DNA of 64,000 bases from Macrostomum lignano (taxonomy: Eukaryota): the NCBI GenBank assembly GCA_002269645.1, contig NIVC01003781.1:1-64000 (forward strand), read 5' to 3'. Numbering within the stretch: position 1 is the first letter of the stretch; every line of letters starts with the position of its first letter. Of the stretch, positions 58,748-64,000 are shown piece by piece. The notes beneath the pieces were generated by a model, which did no database searches, had not been told where the DNA came from, and worked only from the letters and a program-made list of their open reading frames with translations. The position numbers were made by a program, and so were the translations under genes.

Positions 58748-59900
58748 TGTCCGAGTCTATTGTGACTGTCTGTGTCTATTGTGACTGTCCGTGTCTATTG
58801 TGACTGTCCGTGTCTATTGTGACTGTCCGTGTCTATTGTGACTGTCCGTATCTATTGTGACTGTCCATGTCTAATGTGACTGTCCGTGTCTATTGTGGCT
58901 GTCCGTATCTATTGTGACTGTCCATGTCTAATGAGACTGTCCGTGTCTATTGTGACTGTTCGTGTCTATTGTGACTGTTCGTGTCTAATGTGACTGTCCG
59001 TGTCTATTGTGACTGTCCGTGTCTAATGTGACTGTCCGTGTCTATTGTGACTGTCCGTGTCTATTGTGACTGTCCGTGTCTATTGTGACTGTCCATGTCT
59101 ATTGTGACTGTCCGTGTCTATTGTGACTGTCCGTGTCTATTGTGACTGTCCGTATCTATTGTGACTGTCTGTGTCTATTGTGACTGTCTGTGTCTATTGT
59201 GAATGTCCGTGTCTATTGTGACTGTCTGTGTCTATTGTGAATGTCCGTGTCTATTGTGACTGTCCGTGTCTATTGTGAATGTCCGTGTCTATTGTGACTG
59301 TCCGTGTCTATTGTGACTGTCCGTGTCTATTGTGAATGTCCGTGTCTATTGTGACTGTCCGTGTCTATTGTGAATGTCCGTGTCTATTGTGACTGTCCGT
59401 GTCTATTGTGAATGTCCGTGTCTATTGTGACTGTCCGTGTCTATTGTGACTGTCCGTGTCTATTGTGACTGTCCGTGTCTATTGTGACTGTCCGTGTCTA
59501 TTGTGAATGTCCGTGTCTATTGTGACTGTCCGTGTCTATTGTGACTGTCCGTGTCTATTGTGACTGTCCGTGTCTATTGTGAATGTCCATGTCTATTGTG
59601 ACTGTCCGTATCTATTGTGACTGTCCGTGTCTATTGTGACTTTCCGTGTCTAAAGGGACTGTCCGTGTCTAAAGGGACTGTCCGTGTCTATTGTGACTTT
59701 CCGTGTCTAAAGGGACTGTCCGTGTCTAAAGGGACTGTCCGTGTCTATTGTGACTGCCTGTGTCTATTGTGACTGTCCGTGTCTATTGTGACTGTCCGTG
59801 TCTATTGTGACTTTCCGTGTCTAAAGGGACTGTCCGTGTCTAAAGGGACTGTCCGTGTCTATTGTGACTGTCCGTGTCTATTGTGACTGTCCGTGTCTAT
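58748..59900. repeat. 19-bp minisatellite (TCTATTGTGACTGTCCGTG)
   Basis: About 60 units. Confidence 0.96.
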
Positions 59901-60394
59901 CTTCGGGTTTCTATTCAGGCAGATGCCAAAAAAGATACTGAAGATGACTATAAGCAGCAGCAGGCAGAACTGCAGCCCGAACGGAGACACGTGAGGGACA
60001 AAGAGAGACCCTGAATGCAAAATGGAGAAACTGGCGCTGCTGTGGGTGAGCGGGGGCCCAGCAGTGGAAAACTGCAAGAGGGAATGAAGAGGCTTGGATG
60101 AGTCTGGGGAGATGCCGCTAATGTCCCACAGCCAGCCATCGTTCTGCCCTGTCTCTTCCCGTCCATTTTTTAGCTCTTCGACTCGAATCCTCAAAGCCTC
60201 GGAGACCGCAGGGCTGGTGCTGGGGGCCCGGGGTGGCAGGAATCCCAACCTGCTTTACGGCCCCGCAGTGCCAATAAAACTGCCTGCCGGCTCTGAGCCC
60301 GCGTTCCCGCTGGCAGCCGCTCGGTTTGTCCCGCTTTTCCGGCTTAGTTTTGTTATAATGGAAGCCGGCTGAGTCGGGATCTCAATTAGAAACA

Positions 60395-60645
60395 CAGTGT
60401 TCCTGCCTGCTAATATCTGCTCAGATTGTGTTCCTGTCTGCTAATGTCTGCTCAGATTGTGTTCCTGTCTGCTAATGTCTGCTCAGATTGTGTTCCTGTC
60501 TGCTAATGTCTGCTCAGATTGTGTTCCTGTCTGCTAATGTCTGCTCAGATTGTGTTTCTGTCTGCTAATGTCTGCTCAGATTGTGTTCCTGTCTGCTAAT
60601 GTCTGCTCAGATTGTGTTCCTGCCTGCTAATGTCTGTTCATATTA
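60395..60645. repeat. 31-bp minisatellite (TCAGATTGTGTTCCTGTCTGCTAATGTCTGC)
   Basis: About 7-8 units. Confidence 0.93.
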
Positions 60646-60793
60646 TGTTCCCTGTATGCTATGAAGCTACTGCTAGTAGCTAAGCAGTTATATTTAAAAC
60701 AAAATTCAATTTTCTGCAGCGTACCGGTTGTGATGCTCAAAGACTCAAAGCTTAGATTTCCAATCCAGACACAAGTTTGCGCGACACATTTTA

Positions 60794-61866
<1,073 letters not shown>

Positions 61867-62871
61867 TAAACAAAAAACAACAATTTCTTCCCTATTCGCA
61901 ATTTTTGCTAATGCAATTCTTTAGCTACTTTAAGTAGGAAGAACGACTTTTGTTGGCGACTTGGCTGAATTGGCGGGACAAAATCCGCCCAGTTTGCCCG
62001 ATGCTAAGCCGAACAAAGCCGCAGCAGGCCCAGTTCCAAAGTCTCCGAGCCTAGCGCAGAACAGAGTCTCGGCTCCATCATCTCCTACTCTCCGCCTCGA
62101 ACTGGGGGGGGGGAACAGGTGCCGGCCCAGCAAAATCGACCCGGAAAAATTGAAGGGTGGGATTTTGATCCCGCAGTGCGAACAGCGCCATGCAGGGAGA
62201 GGCGGTGCTGGCGGGGCAGATGCGAGTCCGCTGTTCTCCAGTCCGGCCGGAGCTCCGGATCGATGGGCTGAGAGGCGCCGGCCGCATGTGGAAGCTGCAG
62301 CCCGCCCGAGCCTCCGATCCGGCAGAGCGGCGGGCACCCTGGCCGTTTCGATTGCTGCACCTGGGCGGCACAGCAGCCTGTTTGTAGCAGAAATTCAAGC
62401 CGGACAGGCCCGCGGGTCAAACCCGCCGAGGCCTCGAGAAATTTGAGTTGGACTTTTATTGACAGCTCCCCGCCGCCGAGTGGCAACCCACCGGCCTGCT
62501 CAGTCAAGTCTCCCTGACTGCTCCGGAATGAAGCAACCCTAATGGCCCGCTTGATGGCTTTCGGCTCAACTTGCCAGCCGGCAATTCGGCACTCGAAATC
62601 CCGCACCACTTCAAGCTGGAGGGACTCAGTGAGCTCAAATTGCTGTCACGGTCGGCGCCCTAATGGACTCTTTCACTGCCCCGAATTCACCAAGCACCGC
62701 ATTGGAGTTGAGGTCGAACTTTGTAAAAGAATTTTGATCGAATGAAAGAAACCATTTTTATATTTTCTAATAAAACGACAAATAATGACTGACAGCAACA
62801 ATGAAAAATCACGAAACTGTTTACGAGTACAAATCTTAGCGGCTGTGCTTGCTATCTCGCATGTGATAACA

Positions 62872-63052
62872 GTCCAGCCCACAGTCCAGCCCATAATCCA
62901 GCCCACAGTCCAGCCCACAGTCCAGCCCACAGTCCAGCCCACAGTCCAGCCCACAGTCCAGCCCACAGTCCAGCCCACAGTCCAGCCCATTCCAGCCCAC
63001 AGTCCAGCCCACAGTCCAGCCCACAGTCCAGCCCACAGTCCAGTTCAGTCCA
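62872..63052. repeat. 12-bp minisatellite (ACAGTCCAGCCC) just after the LRR gene stop
   Basis: Tandem periodicity. Confidence 0.9.
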
Positions 63053-63065
63053 TACAACATCAGCC

Positions 63066-64000
63066 TCACAGAGCCACCACGCAGCGCCGCTGCAAAGAGC
63101 CGCCTGCCCGGCACTTCACCGCAAGGTCGCGTGCCTCGGACAGCGGGTTGGCATAGAAGGAGCCGCCCTCAGCGAAGTCATCGTTCAGTCCGCAGCTCCG
63201 CGGCCGAGCATAACGACGGCCGGCCGCCAGCCGCCTCCGCCTACGACGCCGCTGACTCCGAGGCCGCCCTGGGAGCGGCCGCTCCAGCTGGTGCCGATGC
63301 TGGTGGCAGCGCCGGCAGGCGGCGACGGCTACGGCTCCGGACAGCGTCAGCAGAAGGAGAGCCGCCGCCAAGGCAGCCGACGCCGCCGGGAGGTGGCGGG
63401 TCAGCGCCGCTGAGCAGACCGGCTGCGGCACCTCCGAAGCGGGGCGGCCCCGGAGCTCCGGCGGCCAGGCGCACAGCAATCTGCGCGCGGTGCCATTGAT
63501 TTCAGAGGCGCCGGCGGCAGCAGGCGATGGCACAGCGGCCGCCTCCGCCTCCGCGTACATGCCGACCACTTCAACGCGGGTGCTGGAAGCCCAGCGGCGA
63601 AGGCCGCCGCCGCCGCAGTCGCAGCGCAGCGGACAGCCAAGAAGGTCCAGACGCCGCAGTAGCGGGAGGGCGGCCATCGCGCCGGCGTCCACAGTGGCGA
63701 TGGTACAGCCGCGGCAGGTCAGGAGTTCGAGTCCGGGCGCACCAGAGAAGGCGCCGAGATTGAGCCGTACAATTGGGTTTCGGTCGAGCACCAGGTGACG
63801 CAAGCGGGGCGGCAGCGCTGCCTGCGGGCCCGGCGCCGAGCGGATGTTGCAGGCGGCAAGTTCGAGCTCCTCGAGGACGACGAAGGCGCTGAAGAAGCTC
63901 CAGGCGTTGTTTCGCAGGTAGGGATAGATTTCGTGCCGGTTGAGCCGCAGCACCCGGAGCGTCGGGGCCAGGCGGTCCAGAATCCCTTTAAACAGGGCGA
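63066..64000 (-). CDS. 3' part of a leucine-rich-repeat single-pass membrane protein (LRRs, LRRCT, TM, basic cytoplasmic tail); 5' end lies beyond the window
   Basis: LEELELAACNI, LRHLVLDRNPI, LRRLDLLGCPLRCDC...CAWPPELRG, TM LAAALLLLTLSGAVAVAAC. The frame stays open to the window edge; the ORF-track start is a GTG, not a true start. Confidence 0.8.
   Translation of the reverse strand, partial: ALFKGILDRLAPTLRVLRLNRHEIYPYLRNNAWSFFSAFVVLEELELAACNIRSAPGPQAALPPRLRHLVLDRNPIVRLNLGAFSGAPGLELLTCRGCTIATVDAGAMAALPLLRRLDLLGCPLRCDCGGGGLRRWASSTRVEVVGMYAEAEAAAVPSPAAAGASEINGTARRLLCAWPPELRGRPASEVPQPVCSAALTRHLPAASAALAAALLLLTLSGAVAVAACRRCHQHRHQLERPLPGRPRSQRRRRRRRLAAGRRYARPRSCGLNDDFAEGGSFYANPLSEARDLAVKCRAGGSLQRRCVVAL

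Noticed and set aside
13366-59900. Regular repeats as CRISPR arrays
   Set aside because: No unique spacers, no cas genes, eukaryotic context.

Overview
Eukaryotic (metazoan) genomic DNA with spliceosomal GT-AG introns, very high GC3 coding islands, AT-rich spacers and about 25 different private minisatellite arrays. This style suggests a free-living flatworm such as Macrostomum (inference only). Left to right: an 8-exon ezrin/radixin/moesin gene (+); a 2-exon SPEF1/CLAMP gene (-); an orphan single-pass membrane exon with a glycophorin-C/neurexin-type band-4.1-binding motif and PDZ tail (+); and a tandem array of five intronless secreted PAN/Apple + C-type-lectin genes plus one relic (-). The lectin genes are block mosaics of one another, two have perfect RFX X-boxes upstream, and they are interspersed with LINE, Gypsy, DIRS/Ngaro and SINE relics. 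Further right: a very young, ultra-compact 4.3-kb Mag-type Gypsy LTR element nested in an RTE-like LINE; an intronless AMPA-like glutamate receptor with N at the Q/R site and a YYTATLAAF gate motif (-); a long repeat-rich intergenic zone with a possible RD/RGD-rich repeat exon; and the 3' part of an LRR-transmembrane gene (-). No CRISPR, rRNA or genuine tRNA genes. Best candidates for undescribed biology: the mosaic PAN-CTLD lectin array with ciliary-type promoters, the 4.1m mini membrane protein next to ERM, and the pore/gate-variant iGluR.
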